Part shown: piece by piece, positions 39,166 through 49,209 of the stretch
How the letters are laid out: the number at the start of each line of letters is the position of its first letter
Position numbering within the stretch: the stretch's first letter is position 1
Origin: an uncultured Candidatus Rokubacteria bacterium
GTDB taxonomy: Bacteria > Methylomirabilota > Methylomirabilia > Rokubacteriales > DASRDR01
Assembly: GCA_963708025.1 (NCBI GenBank)
Contig: CAVPSB010000034.1
Coordinates: 128,001 to 192,000 of the forward strand
Direction: 5' to 3'
Length of the DNA: 64,000 nt
The notes under the pieces: generated by a model
What the model was told of the DNA's origin: nothing
The model's database searches: none
Seen by the model: the letters and a program-made list of their open reading frames with translations, nothing else
Position numbers and translations under genes: made by a program

Positions 39166-39930
39166 TCAGGCCATGCGGCCGTCCTCGGCCACCCCGGTGA
39201 TGATGTAGGTCCCGCTCCGGTCGTCGCGCTTGAGGCTGACGACCTTGTGCTTGACGGCGTCCTCGAGGAGCTTCGAGAAGGTCGAGTAGCCGTAGTACGA
39301 CTCGCTGAACGCCGGGTTCTTCCGGATCATGGTCTGCTTGACCATCGAGCCCCACAGCACTTCCTTGTTCTCGCGCTGGAGGGCCTGGACGGCGTCGATC
39401 AGCTGCCCGAACACCTCGGCCTTCTTCTCGGGGAGCCCCTTGAGCAGGGTGCCCTTCTTGGCCTCCCGCGTGAGGTCCTCGTAGAAGATGAACTCGTCGC
39501 AGTTCGCCACCAGGAGCTCCGACGAGGAGTTCTTCACCCCGAGCCCGATCACGTACTTGTCGTTCTCCCGCAGCTTGGAGACGAGCGGCGAGAAGTCCGA
39601 GTCGCCGGAGACGACCGCGAAGGTGTCGATGTGCTGGTTCTTCTGGGTGAGGTCCATCGCGTCGACGACCATCCGGATGTCGGCCGAGTTCTTCCCGCTG
39701 TAGCGGCTCTGCGGGATGTCGATCAGCTCGATCGCGGCCTCGTGGAAGGGCCGCTTGTACTCCGTGTAGCGGTTCCAGTCCGCGTAGGCGCGCTTGACCA
39801 TGATCTTGCCCTTCTCGACCAGCCGCTCGAGCACCAGCTTGATCTCGAAGCCCTTGTACTGGGCGTCCTTGATGCCGCGGGCGATGTTCTCGAAGTCGAT
39901 GAACAGCGCGAGCTTCCGTTCTTCGTTCAT
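39166..39930 (-). CDS. NYN (LabA/DUF88) domain protein with C-terminal OST-HTH
   Basis: FIDFEN, GKNSADIRMVVDA, SGDSDFSPL, FSESYYGYSTFSKLL. Confidence 0.92.
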   Translation of the reverse strand: MNEERKLALFIDFENIARGIKDAQYKGFEIKLVLERLVEKGKIMVKRAYADWNRYTEYKRPFHEAAIELIDIPQSRYSGKNSADIRMVVDAMDLTQKNQHIDTFAVVSGDSDFSPLVSKLRENDKYVIGLGVKNSSSELLVANCDEFIFYEDLTREAKKGTLLKGLPEKKAEVFGQLIDAVQALQRENKEVLWGSMVKQTMIRKNPAFSESYYGYSTFSKLLEDAVKHKVVSLKRDDRSGTYIITGVAEDGRMA

Positions 39931-40061
39931 GCGATGCTCCCTCTGCGGAGGCGGGTCCCCGGAGCGGGCGGGGCGGGCGAGGCCCTGGGTCGAGGTCCAG
40001 CCATGCGTCGATTCATTATACGTCCAGATCCGTCCAGATCCCGTCTGGTAGAATCGCCCGG

Positions 40062-40655
40062 ATGACGCCGGCCGACCCGATCGCCGAGCTGGTCGCCGAC
40101 CGCGAGCGTGCCCGCGCCGCGGCGGATCCCTTCACCGACCTCTGCATCCTGGGCACGGCCGACGAGACCGGCGCCGCCGCCGTCCGGCCGATCGTCCTCC
40201 GGGACGCGGGGCCGCAGGGCGTGGGGCTCCTCCTCACCGAGCTGAGCCCGAAGTGGCCGGCCCTGGCCGCGGGCCGGGCGGAATGCCTGCTGGTCTGGCT
40301 CAGCATCCGCCGGCAGTACCGGATCCGCGGGAGGCTGGCGCCGATGCCGGAGGAGCGCATCGCGCGGTACTGGGGACAGAAGGTCCACGAGTCCCGGCTG
40401 CTCGACGTCTACTACACCCGCTACCACCCGCAGAGCACCGCTCTCCCGTCGCGCCAGGCGTTCGTCGAGGGGATCGACGCCCTCCGCCGCCAGTACCCGG
40501 CGCCCGACGACGTGCCGCGTCCCGACGCCCTCCGCGGCGTGTACCTGGTCCCGGACCGGATCGAGATCTGGCGAGGGGCGCCGGACCGGCTGCACGACCG
40601 GCGGCTGTTCCTCCCGGCCGCCGGCGGCTGGCGCGAGGAGGTCCTCGTCCCCTGA
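40062..40655 (+). CDS. Pyridoxamine 5'-phosphate oxidase-like FMN-binding protein
   Basis: RQYRIRG, IEIWRGAPDRLHDR, W..EVLVP C-terminus. Confidence 0.8.
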   Translation: MTPADPIAELVADRERARAAADPFTDLCILGTADETGAAAVRPIVLRDAGPQGVGLLLTELSPKWPALAAGRAECLLVWLSIRRQYRIRGRLAPMPEERIARYWGQKVHESRLLDVYYTRYHPQSTALPSRQAFVEGIDALRRQYPAPDDVPRPDALRGVYLVPDRIEIWRGAPDRLHDRRLFLPAAGGWREEVLVP

Positions 40656-40662
40656 GACGCCG

Positions 40663-41805
40663 TCAGGCGGCGGCGTCGCGGACGGCGTCGGCGAGCCGGC
40701 GGGCGGCGAGACCGCCGATCACGGCGGCGGCCAGCGTGACCGCGAGCGCGACCAGGGTCGCCCCGGCGCCGGGCACCATCGGCTGGAAAGCCGGGCTCCG
40801 CGCCAGGAGCACGCCGCTGACGGCGAACGCCGCGACCGCGGAGGCCGCGGTGGCGAGGAGCGGGCGCCGGCGGGCGTCCGCGGCCGTCATCGCCGCCGCC
40901 GGAACGAGCGCGAGGGCCAGCGCGAGGCCGCCGGGCACCCCGGGTCCGGTCCGGTTCTTCCGGGCGATGGCGTGCGCCAGCGCGATCGGGGAGTCGGGGT
41001 CCCCGGCGATCGCCGCGTCGATCACCGACACCGGCTGGATGAGCGCGAAGCCCGCCGCCGCGATCTCGTTGCCGGCGAGGTCGCTGAGCAGCACCACGCC
41101 CAGCACCAGCAGCGGAGCCGCCCGGAGAGCCGACAGCCGGGCGGCGCTCACCAGCGCGAGGGGCAGGAGCAGGGGAGCCAGCATCGCGTAGGCGTGGAAG
41201 CGCACCCCCCCGTGCCGGTAGGCGATCAGGAGGGCCGGCTCCAGCGTGGTGTGCAGCCCCCGGTAGAGCAGCGCGGCGCCGAGGACCAGGGCCGCCTGCC
41301 GGGCCCGGTGCCCCGGCGGGTAGACCTCCCGCGCGATCAGGAGGCAGCCGACCGAGTTGATCGCGCCGCCGAGGAAGCCCAGCAGGTGCGGCGGGCTCCA
41401 GATCGTGACGTCGAGGCCGAACAGCCGGTGCCAGAGGTCGTCGATCGGCGCCGCCGCCACCGTGACCGCCACGCCCCAGGCGGCGACCTGGAAGCCGCGC
41501 GTGCCGCGGAGACCCAGGATCCGGAGCGTCCGACCCCCCGCCGGGCCCCGCCACGTCTCCCAGGCCAGGACGCCGAAGCTCACGAGGGTGATCAGCGCCA
41601 CCCCGCCGTAGGTCATGAGGTGCGGCGGGATCCAGAACGAGTCGCGCCCGATCCGGACGTGCCACTCGATGTCCCAGCGGACGCCCCAGCCGGCGACGAG
41701 CTTGGCGGCGAGCAGCGCCCACAGGGCCACGCGGCGGACGGCGAGCCGGTCCGCGACCCCGACCAGCGGAGCCTCGACGGCTCGGGTTGCCGTCTGGACG
41801 CTCAC
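40663..41805 (-). CDS. Multi-pass membrane protein with two D-x-x-W-H...P-P-H motifs
   Basis: WDIEWHVRIGRDSFWIPPH and DDLWHRLFGLDVTIWSPPH; many TM segments; start uncertain. Confidence 0.75.
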   Translation of the reverse strand: MSVQTATRAVEAPLVGVADRLAVRRVALWALLAAKLVAGWGVRWDIEWHVRIGRDSFWIPPHLMTYGGVALITLVSFGVLAWETWRGPAGGRTLRILGLRGTRGFQVAAWGVAVTVAAAPIDDLWHRLFGLDVTIWSPPHLLGFLGGAINSVGCLLIAREVYPPGHRARQAALVLGAALLYRGLHTTLEPALLIAYRHGGVRFHAYAMLAPLLLPLALVSAARLSALRAAPLLVLGVVLLSDLAGNEIAAAGFALIQPVSVIDAAIAGDPDSPIALAHAIARKNRTGPGVPGGLALALALVPAAAMTAADARRRPLLATAASAVAAFAVSGVLLARSPAFQPMVPGAGATLVALAVTLAAAVIGGLAARRLADAVRDAAA

Positions 41806-42003
41806 CGTGCGATTCCGAGCCGCTCGAAGCCGTCGAAGAACCGGGGGGCACCGGCGCGATGCCCGGGCTCGAGACCCACGGTGATCATCGGCCCTACGGT
41901 ACCACACGGGCGGCACGCCGGCCTTGACAGGCGGCCTCCCGTGACCGACATTCGGGGCGCACGTCCGCACCTCACGATCACCGGAGATTCAGGAGGACAC
42001 GCC

Positions 42004-43355
42004 ATGCTCCACCATCCCATCAGCCGACGGAAGATCCTCGCGGGACCCTCGGCACCACCGCGGCCCTCGCGCTTCCCCGCGCTGCCTTTCCCGCGGTGAA
42101 GAAGGGCACCAGCCTTCGCTTGTGGATCCTCAAGACCTACGTGGAGCCGACCAACAAGGCGATCGAGGCGAGCGCGCAGCGCTGGGCCCAGAAGCACGGC
42201 GCCGCCGTCACCGTGGAGTACTTCACCTTCGAGGACATGCAGACGAAGTACGTGGCGGCCATCGAGAGCAACAGCACACCCGACGTGGGACAGCTCGAGA
42301 CGGGCGCCCCCGCCCGCTTCGCCGGCATGGGCCAGCTCCTCGACCTCACCACGTTCTACCGTCAGATCGAGGGCCAGGTGGGCAAGGCTCCCGCCAACGT
42401 GGCGCCGGTGACCATGGTGGGCGACAAGGTCTACGCGATCCCGTGGTACGTCATGGCCGCGTTCTGGTACGCGTGGCGCGACGTCTTCGAGAAGGCCAAG
42501 GTCAAGCTCCCCACCACCTTCGCGGAGGCCAAGGAGGCCGCGCAGGCGCTCACCCGGCCCAAGGACAACTTCTACGGCATGGGGCAGAGCTGGAACCGCA
42601 CCTCCGACGGCTACGGCGTCATGCAGAGCCTGATGTACTCCTACGGCGTGGGCTGGGCGGGCAAGGACGGCAAGTACAAGTCCATCAAGACGCCGGCGAT
42701 GCAGACGGCGATGAAGTGGGCGACCGACATCTACCGGGACAATCTCCAGCCCGCCGACACCCTCACCTGGACCGGCTCGGGCAACAACGAGAACTTCATC
42801 GCGAAGAACATCGCCCAGACCTCCAACGGGCCCAGCATCACCTTCGCCATGGAGAACGCCGTCGCCAAGGCCACCGATGCCAAGGACAAGAAGATGAAGG
42901 AGGAGGCTCTCGCCAATCACGTGGCCCTGCCGCATCCCGCCGGGCCGGACGGGCGGCGCATGTGGGCCATCGCGATGTCCATGGGCATCTTCAAGGGCAG
43001 CAAGGATCCGGAGGCGGCGATGAGCCTCCTCGCGCACCTGCTCTCCCCCGAGGAGACGCTCGGCGTCATGAAGGACTCCTACGGCCAGTTCGCGCCGGTG
43101 CTGGACAAGTCGCGCAACGCCGCCAAGGACTACTTCGACAAGAACGAGAACTACCGGACCTTCGGGCGCGCCGTCGAGTGGTTCGCTCCCACCGGCTGGC
43201 CGGGGCCGGTCACGCCCGCGGCCGCCGAGGTGCAGGCGAGCAACGTGCTCACCGACGCGCCCGCCAAGGTGATCGTGGACAAGTGGTCGGTGGATCAGGC
43301 CATCGAGTGGGAAGACAAGAAGATCAAGGAGATCTACGACACGCTGAAGGGGTGA
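42004..43355 (+). CDS. Sugar ABC transporter substrate-binding protein with Tat signal (frameshift/deletion at ~42050-42095)
   Basis: AGGAGG SD, MLHHPISRRKIL; TPDVGQ, VYAIPW. Confidence 0.88.
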
Positions 43356-44257
43356 GGTCGCGTCCCCGCCGGGGACTCGGGGCGCGGGGCCGGGAGACCG
43401 GCACCGCGCTCCTCTTTCTCCTCCCGCTCTTCGTCCTGGTGGTGGGGCTGATCTTCTATCCCTTCTGCCGGGCGATCTGGCTCTCCCTCACCGACAAGCT
43501 GGTGGGCTATCCCGAGCGATTCGTCGGCCTCAAGAACTACGTCTATCTGGCGGGCGACGACGCCTTCCGGCAGGTCGTCCGCAACAGCGTGGTCTTCACG
43601 GTGGTATCGGTGGGCATGAAGGTGGTCACCGGGCTCGCCATGGCCCTCGTTCTCAACGGAATGATCCGCGGCCGCAACTTCTTCCGCGGCCTCTTCCTCA
43701 TGCCGTGGATCACCTCCACCGTCATCATCGCCCTGACCTGGCGGTGGATGTTCGACGCCTTCCCCGGGCGCGGCTTCTTCAACAGCCTCCTCCTCGACCT
43801 CGGGCTCCTCCGCCAGCCCGTCGCCTTCATGGCCACGCCGGAGGGCGCCATGGCCGCGGTGATCGTGGCCAACTGGTGGCGGGGCTTCCCCTTCTTCGGC
43901 GTGTCCTTCCTCGCCGGCATGGCGAGCATCCCGCGCGAGCTCTACGAGGCGGCCTCGGTGGACGGCGCCGCCGCGAGCCGGCGCTTCTGGCACATCACCC
44001 TGCCCGGGCTCAAGCACGTGATGATCGTGACCACGCTCCTGTCCTTCATCCTCACCATCAACGACTTCAACATCATCTACGTGATGACCCGCGGCGGGCC
44101 CGGCTCGGCCACCCAGGTCTTCGCGACCTACTCGTACCAGGTGGCGTTCAACCAGCTCCGCTGGGGGCGCGGGGTGACCATCTCGATCTTCCTGGTGCCG
44201 CTGCTCGTGGTCGGCATCATCCTCATCAGCCGCTATCTCCTGCGGGAGCGGCGATGA
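43352..44257 (+). CDS. Carbohydrate ABC transporter permease
   Basis: FVGLKNY, IPRELYEAASVDGA, ITLP; GTGA overlap with upstream gene. Confidence 0.92.
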   Translation: MRSRPRRGLGARGRETGTALLFLLPLFVLVVGLIFYPFCRAIWLSLTDKLVGYPERFVGLKNYVYLAGDDAFRQVVRNSVVFTVVSVGMKVVTGLAMALVLNGMIRGRNFFRGLFLMPWITSTVIIALTWRWMFDAFPGRGFFNSLLLDLGLLRQPVAFMATPEGAMAAVIVANWWRGFPFFGVSFLAGMASIPRELYEAASVDGAAASRRFWHITLPGLKHVMIVTTLLSFILTINDFNIIYVMTRGGPGSATQVFATYSYQVAFNQLRWGRGVTISIFLVPLLVVGIILISRYLLRERR

Positions 44258-44264
44258 GGCCGGC

Positions 44265-45080
44265 ATGACGCGCGCGCTCAGGCTCGCCGGGCTCGTGGCC
44301 TTCCTGCTGCTGATCCTCGTCCCCTTCTGGTGGATCGCCAGCATGTCCTTCAAGACCTACGAGCAGATCCAGTTCGCCACGAGCATCTACGTGCCGAGCC
44401 CCTTCACCTGGGAGAACTACACCGGCCTCTGGACGGAGACCCGCTTCCCCCTCTGGCTGCGCAACAGCCTGGTGACGGCGCTGGTGGTCACGCTCATCAC
44501 CAGCGTGGTGGCCAGCCTGGGCGGCTACGCGGTGGCGCGGCTCCGCTTCCCCGGCCGCGAGGCGGTGGCCAGCCTCATCCTCATCCTCTACCTGATCCCG
44601 CCCGCGCTGCTCTTCATCCCCCTCTACCGCGTGCTCACCGAGCTCGGCGCGACCAACCATCTTGCCGCGCTCTTCCTCGCCTATCCCACGTTCACCGTGC
44701 CCTTCTGCACCTGGCTCCTCATCGGGTTCTTCAAGGCTCTGCCCGAGGAGCTGGAGGAGGCTGCCCTCATCGACGGGGCCGGGCGCGTCACCGCCTTCGT
44801 CCGCGTCCTCCTGCCACTGGCCGCCCCCGGGCTGGTGGCCTCGGCCATCTTCGCCTTCACGCTGTCCTGGAACGAGTTCCTGTACGCCCTCGTCTTCATC
44901 CAAGACGAGACCCTCATCACCGTCCCGGTCGGGCTCAACCTCCTCATCTACGGGGACGTCTTCCACTGGGGCCAGCTCATGGCCGCCTCGGTGATCACTA
45001 CCATCCCGGTTGTCGCACTCTACGTCTTCATACATCGCTGGATGGCGGAGGGTCTCGTGGCAGGATCGGTGAAGGGGTAG
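44265..45080 (+). CDS. Carbohydrate ABC transporter permease
   Basis: LPEELEEAALIDGA, SWNEFLYA. Confidence 0.93.
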   Translation: MTRALRLAGLVAFLLLILVPFWWIASMSFKTYEQIQFATSIYVPSPFTWENYTGLWTETRFPLWLRNSLVTALVVTLITSVVASLGGYAVARLRFPGREAVASLILILYLIPPALLFIPLYRVLTELGATNHLAALFLAYPTFTVPFCTWLLIGFFKALPEELEEAALIDGAGRVTAFVRVLLPLAAPGLVASAIFAFTLSWNEFLYALVFIQDETLITVPVGLNLLIYGDVFHWGQLMAASVITTIPVVALYVFIHRWMAEGLVAGSVKG

Positions 45081-45112
45081 GAGGCCGGCTTCGTCCCAAT
45101 ATTCGGCCTCCT
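45080..45112 (+). terminator. Hairpin after the ABC operon
   Basis: GGAGGCCG...CGGCCTCC followed by TT. Confidence 0.4.
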
Positions 45113-45182
45113 TGGGTCGGGTGCTATACTGACCCGGCCGTCGGATGACGGCGAATTGTCCAGAGTCAAGGAGCACCGTCCG

Positions 45183-46145
45183 ATGAGAGCCCCGGCCCTG
45201 GTCCTCGTCATCGCCGTCCTGCTGACGCTGCCGCTCGCCGCCGGCGGCGCCGAGCTGTACGTCACCAACACCCACTCCGGCACCATCTCCATCATCGACA
45301 CCAGCCGGGACGACGTGATCGGCAGCATCCCGCTGGGCGGCGGGGTGCCCAACCGGATCGTCGCCACGCCCGACGGGCGGCAGGCCTGGGTGATCCACGA
45401 CCGGTCGAAGAAGATCAGCATCGTCGACACGACGTCCCGGAAGGTGCTCCGGCAGGTGAAGATCGGCCAGTGGCCGTACAACCTCACGTTCACGCCCGAC
45501 GGGCGCTACTGCTGGGTGCTGGACTGGGGCGACGTGAGCCAGCTCATCATCTACGACGTCGCCCGGGACGCGGTGGACGGCGCCATCGAGGTGAGCACGT
45601 GGCCGGCCCACGGGATCTTCTCCCGCGACGGGCGGCTCTTCTGGGTCACCAGCGAGACGGCCGGCAACGTCGCGGTCGTGGACGTGGCCCAGCGCAAGGT
45701 CCTGGAGACGCTGCCCTCGGGGGGCGACGCGATGGGGCTCGCGCAGACCGCCGACGGCCAGTACGTGTTCGTGGCGAACGGCGAGGAGAAGACGTTGTCC
45801 AAGGTGGACACCCGGACCCACCGGATCGTGGCGTCGGTTCCGCTCAAGGGAGTGGTCCACGACGTCGTGCTGACGCTGGACGGCCGGTTCCTCTACGCCA
45901 CCCTCCGCAAGGCCAACGCGATCACCGTCATCCGGACCCAGGACCTCGAGGTCGTGGCGCAGATCCCGCAGCCCGGCTACCCCGACCTCGTCACCATGGC
46001 GCCGGACGGCACCAAGGCCTACGCGACGAACCGCCACGCCAACGTCGTCACGGTCATCGGGCTGGTCGATCACCGCGAGGTGAAGCGCATCCCGGTGGGG
46101 AAGGGGCCGCACGGGATGGCGTTGCTCCCCGCCCCCCGGCCGTGA
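45183..46145 (+). CDS. YVTN-family beta-propeller protein (YncE-like)
   Basis: LYVTNTHSGTISIID, repeated PDG..YV, IPVGKGPHG. Confidence 0.88.
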   Translation: MRAPALVLVIAVLLTLPLAAGGAELYVTNTHSGTISIIDTSRDDVIGSIPLGGGVPNRIVATPDGRQAWVIHDRSKKISIVDTTSRKVLRQVKIGQWPYNLTFTPDGRYCWVLDWGDVSQLIIYDVARDAVDGAIEVSTWPAHGIFSRDGRLFWVTSETAGNVAVVDVAQRKVLETLPSGGDAMGLAQTADGQYVFVANGEEKTLSKVDTRTHRIVASVPLKGVVHDVVLTLDGRFLYATLRKANAITVIRTQDLEVVAQIPQPGYPDLVTMAPDGTKAYATNRHANVVTVIGLVDHREVKRIPVGKGPHGMALLPAPRP

Positions 46146-46636
46146 CGCGCCTCTGGCTGGTGGCGGGCCTGGTCGTCGGGCTCGCCACGGCGCCGGCCCT
46201 CTCCCAGGATGGGCCGGGGAAGAAGATGCCGGACCGCGGCCAGCAGCACATCCAGGTCGGCACCACCATCCCCTACCAGGAGTACCCACCGACCTCGGGC
46301 TCGCACTGGCCGGTCGTCGCCCGGTGGGGCGTCTACACGGAGCCGATCCCCGACGAGGTGCTGGTCCACAACCTCGAGCACGGCGGGATCGTGCTGGTCT
46401 ACAACTGCACGACCCCGTGCGCGGACGTCGTCCGCCAGATGCCGGAAATCTACGAGTCCATGCCCAAGAGCAAGTTCGGCCACGTCAAGGTCGTGATCGC
46501 GCCGAACCCCCGGATCAAGACCCGCTTCGCCCTGCTCGCCTGGACCCGGCTGGACGAGTTCGAGCAGCTGGAGCGCGGGCGCGTCCTCCGCTTCGTCCAG
46601 GCCTGGCAGGACAAGGGCCCGGAGGACGTGCCCTAG
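46142..46636 (+). CDS. DUF3105 domain protein
   Basis: YPPTSGSHW, VHNLEHGGIVLVYNC, LLAW, GPE. Confidence 0.88.
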   Translation: MTRLWLVAGLVVGLATAPALSQDGPGKKMPDRGQQHIQVGTTIPYQEYPPTSGSHWPVVARWGVYTEPIPDEVLVHNLEHGGIVLVYNCTTPCADVVRQMPEIYESMPKSKFGHVKVVIAPNPRIKTRFALLAWTRLDEFEQLERGRVLRFVQAWQDKGPEDVP

Positions 46637-46786
46637 ATCACCTGGCTTCATCGGCGCGGACCAGGTGGTCGATCCCGGCCCGCAACAGCGGGCGACCGGA
46701 GCACCGGACGACGAGAGCCGGGGTCTCGCCACCGAGACAACAGAGCGGGTCGTAGACCCAGCCGCGGCTGGCGACCGACGAAACCG

Positions 46787-47842
46787 CTAGGGCGTCCCCA
46801 TGGTCTTCGAGTGCTGCATCAGCAGCGAGTAGGGCGGCGCCAGATCCACGCCGTCCGGGTTGTTGAGCAGGCCGGGCTCCCGCCCCTTCTGGCCCGTCTT
46901 GCCGTACTGCCACACGATGCGGTTCGTCTGCGGGTCCACGACGATCACCCGGTGGTTGTGGTCGTCGTTTGCGAGGACCATCCCGTTGGGCAGCACGACG
47001 GCCAGCGAGGGATGGTCGAGAGCGTCCTTGCCGGTGGGCTTGAAGCGCCAGCGCACCTTGCCGTCGCCGTCGAACATCACGAGCTGACCCGGCTTGGAGT
47101 AGTCGGCGGTGACGAAGCGCCCGTCGGCGAACTCGTTGGAGTCGGATGGGTAACGGACCTCGGGCACCCGGAAGCTCCGAATCACGGTTCCCGTCTTGAG
47201 GTCGAACTCGCTGTGCCACGCCCCCTGGATCTCGGTGACGAGGTAGTGGCCGTTGCGCATCGGGAAGGCGCCGTTGGGGCTGCCGAAGATGCGCGGCGGA
47301 TCGTGCTTGCAGCCACCGGCCGGGCGCCGGGCCGCCCCGTAGAGCCGCTCGGGCGTCTGGGCTCCCCGGGCGACTAGGACGAGGCGGCAGTTCTTGATGT
47401 CGGCGACGAGCACGTGCCCGTCGGGGAGCACGATGGCGTCGTCGGGGTTCCAGAGCTGGTTCGGCCCGTGCCCGTGGACGCCCGGGGTGCCGTACTTCCA
47501 GACGATCCGGCGACTGCCAACGTCCACCAGCGAGACGGCGAAGTTCTCTTCGTGCGTGACGATGATCTGCTTGCCGTCGGGGGTATAGAAGGCGTCATCC
47601 GGCACCTTGAAGGTCTCGCCCGGACCCAGGTCGCCGGGTTCGGGAAACGTCCAGATCACGCGGCCCTGAGCATCGACGAGGACGATCCGGTCGTTGTCCT
47701 CGTCGGCGATCAACACGGGGCCGGGTAGCGCCGACGGATCCGAGCCCGGCTGCAGGTGCCCCTCCTGCTGAGACGAGGCCGTGGAGACGCCCAGGAGAAG
47801 CCCCGCCACCACAACGACCGCGTAGCTCGCCGCCCGCCTCAT
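46787..47842 (-). CDS. Secreted beta-propeller repeat protein (PQQ/NHL-like)
   Basis: Signal peptide; repeats of P-D-D-A..IAD..N.R..IVW.YG. Confidence 0.8.
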   Translation of the reverse strand: MRRAASYAVVVVAGLLLGVSTASSQQEGHLQPGSDPSALPGPVLIADEDNDRIVLVDAQGRVIWTFPEPGDLGPGETFKVPDDAFYTPDGKQIIVTHEENFAVSLVDVGSRRIVWKYGTPGVHGHGPNQLWNPDDAIVLPDGHVLVADIKNCRLVLVARGAQTPERLYGAARRPAGGCKHDPPRIFGSPNGAFPMRNGHYLVTEIQGAWHSEFDLKTGTVIRSFRVPEVRYPSDSNEFADGRFVTADYSKPGQLVMFDGDGKVRWRFKPTGKDALDHPSLAVVLPNGMVLANDDHNHRVIVVDPQTNRIVWQYGKTGQKGREPGLLNNPDGVDLAPPYSLLMQHSKTMGTP

Positions 47843-47948
47843 CGTCTCTCCCGCATGTCGGTCATGTGAACACGAATCTCGACCATCCTAGTGGGCGTGC
47901 CCGCCAGCTCCAATAGGTCAAATGCCTCGCCCGGACGAGCCGAATGCC

Positions 47949-49187
47949 TCAGACACTCGGGCCTCGATCGGTGGGACCTCGATTCCCGCGCTTCGGACCG
48001 ATGGCGCCGCCGGAGCGCAGCGCGGCGATGGCCTCGGCGTCCAGCCCCAGGAGCCCGCGCAGCACCGCGTCGGTGTGCTCGCCGAGCATCGGCGCCGGCG
48101 TGCGCACGGAGCCCGGGGTCTCCGAGAGCCTCACGGGCACGCCCACCATCCGCACCTTGCCGGCGCGGGGGTGATCCACGTCCACCAGCGCCCGGCGAGC
48201 GGCCACCTGGGGGTGCTCGACCACCTGGGCGATGCTGTTGATCGCGCCCACGGGAATGCCTCGGGCGAGGAGGAGCGGCTCCCAGTCCTCGTAGGTGCGC
48301 GTCAGGAACACCTCCCGGAGCGTCGGGATGAGCGTGTCGCGGTTCCGCACGCGATCGGCATTGGTGCGATAGCGGGGATCGTCGGCCATCTCCGGCCGGC
48401 CGATCGCGGGGCAGAACACCTTCCAGAGCTTCTCGCTGCCCACCGCCAGGGCCAGGTCGCGCGTCCTGGTGCGGAAGGTCTGGTAGGGGAGCAGGGCCTT
48501 GTACGCGGTGCCCATCGGCCGGGGCAGCTCGCCGTCGGCGAAGTAGCCGCCGATCGTGCTCCCGAGCAAGGAGAGCTGGCCCTCCAGCATGGAGACGTCG
48601 AGGGCCTGGCCGCGACCGGTTCGCTCCTTGACGCGGAGCGCGAGCATGATACCGAACGCCGCGTACATCCCGGCGGTCATGTCGGCGATCGAGACGCCGC
48701 AGCGCACCCCACGCTCACCCGGCTCGCCGGTGGTGCTGATCATCCCGCTCTCGCCCTGCAGGATCAGGTCGAGCGCGGCGCGATCGCGATAGGGGCCGTC
48801 CTGGCCGAAGCCGGAGACGGAGCAATAGATGATGCCGAGGTTCCGCTCGCGGGCCGCCTCGTAGCCCAGGCCGAGCCGGGCGAGGACGCCCACCCGGTAG
48901 TTCTCCAGCACCACGTCGCACTTCTCGACCAGCCGGAAGAACAGCGCCTGGCCTTCGGGATGCTTGAGGTCAACCTCGATCCCCTTCTTGTTGCGGTGCA
49001 AACTCACGAAGTACGAGGTCTCTCCGCCCGGCAGGGGCACCCCCCAGGCGCGGGCGATGTCGCCCGCGCCGGGGGGCTCGAGCTTGATGACCTCGGCGCC
49101 GAAGTCGGCGAGCATGGTGGAGCAGAACGGCCCCGCCAGGGCGTGGCTTAGGTCGAGGACCTTCACGTCTTCGAGCGGCATCCGCAT
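47949..49187 (-). CDS. CaiB/BaiF family CoA-transferase (family III)
   Basis: LAGPFCSTMLADFGAEVIKLE, RNKK, ENYRVG, SGFGQDGP, IADMTAG. Confidence 0.93.
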   Translation of the reverse strand: MRMPLEDVKVLDLSHALAGPFCSTMLADFGAEVIKLEPPGAGDIARAWGVPLPGGETSYFVSLHRNKKGIEVDLKHPEGQALFFRLVEKCDVVLENYRVGVLARLGLGYEAARERNLGIIYCSVSGFGQDGPYRDRAALDLILQGESGMISTTGEPGERGVRCGVSIADMTAGMYAAFGIMLALRVKERTGRGQALDVSMLEGQLSLLGSTIGGYFADGELPRPMGTAYKALLPYQTFRTRTRDLALAVGSEKLWKVFCPAIGRPEMADDPRYRTNADRVRNRDTLIPTLREVFLTRTYEDWEPLLLARGIPVGAINSIAQVVEHPQVAARRALVDVDHPRAGKVRMVGVPVRLSETPGSVRTPAPMLGEHTDAVLRGLLGLDAEAIAALRSGGAIGPKRGNRGPTDRGPSV

Positions 49188-49209
49188 CGAGCGCTCTCGG
49201 GAGGACCGG

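Noticed and set aside
46638-46790. Coding-like tail GWVYDPLCCLGGETPALVVRCSGRPLLRAGIDHLVRADEAR and CTAG sites flanking 46787-47891
   Set aside because: It could be a gene remnant, but there is no start, recognisable family, terminal repeat or transposase to support it.
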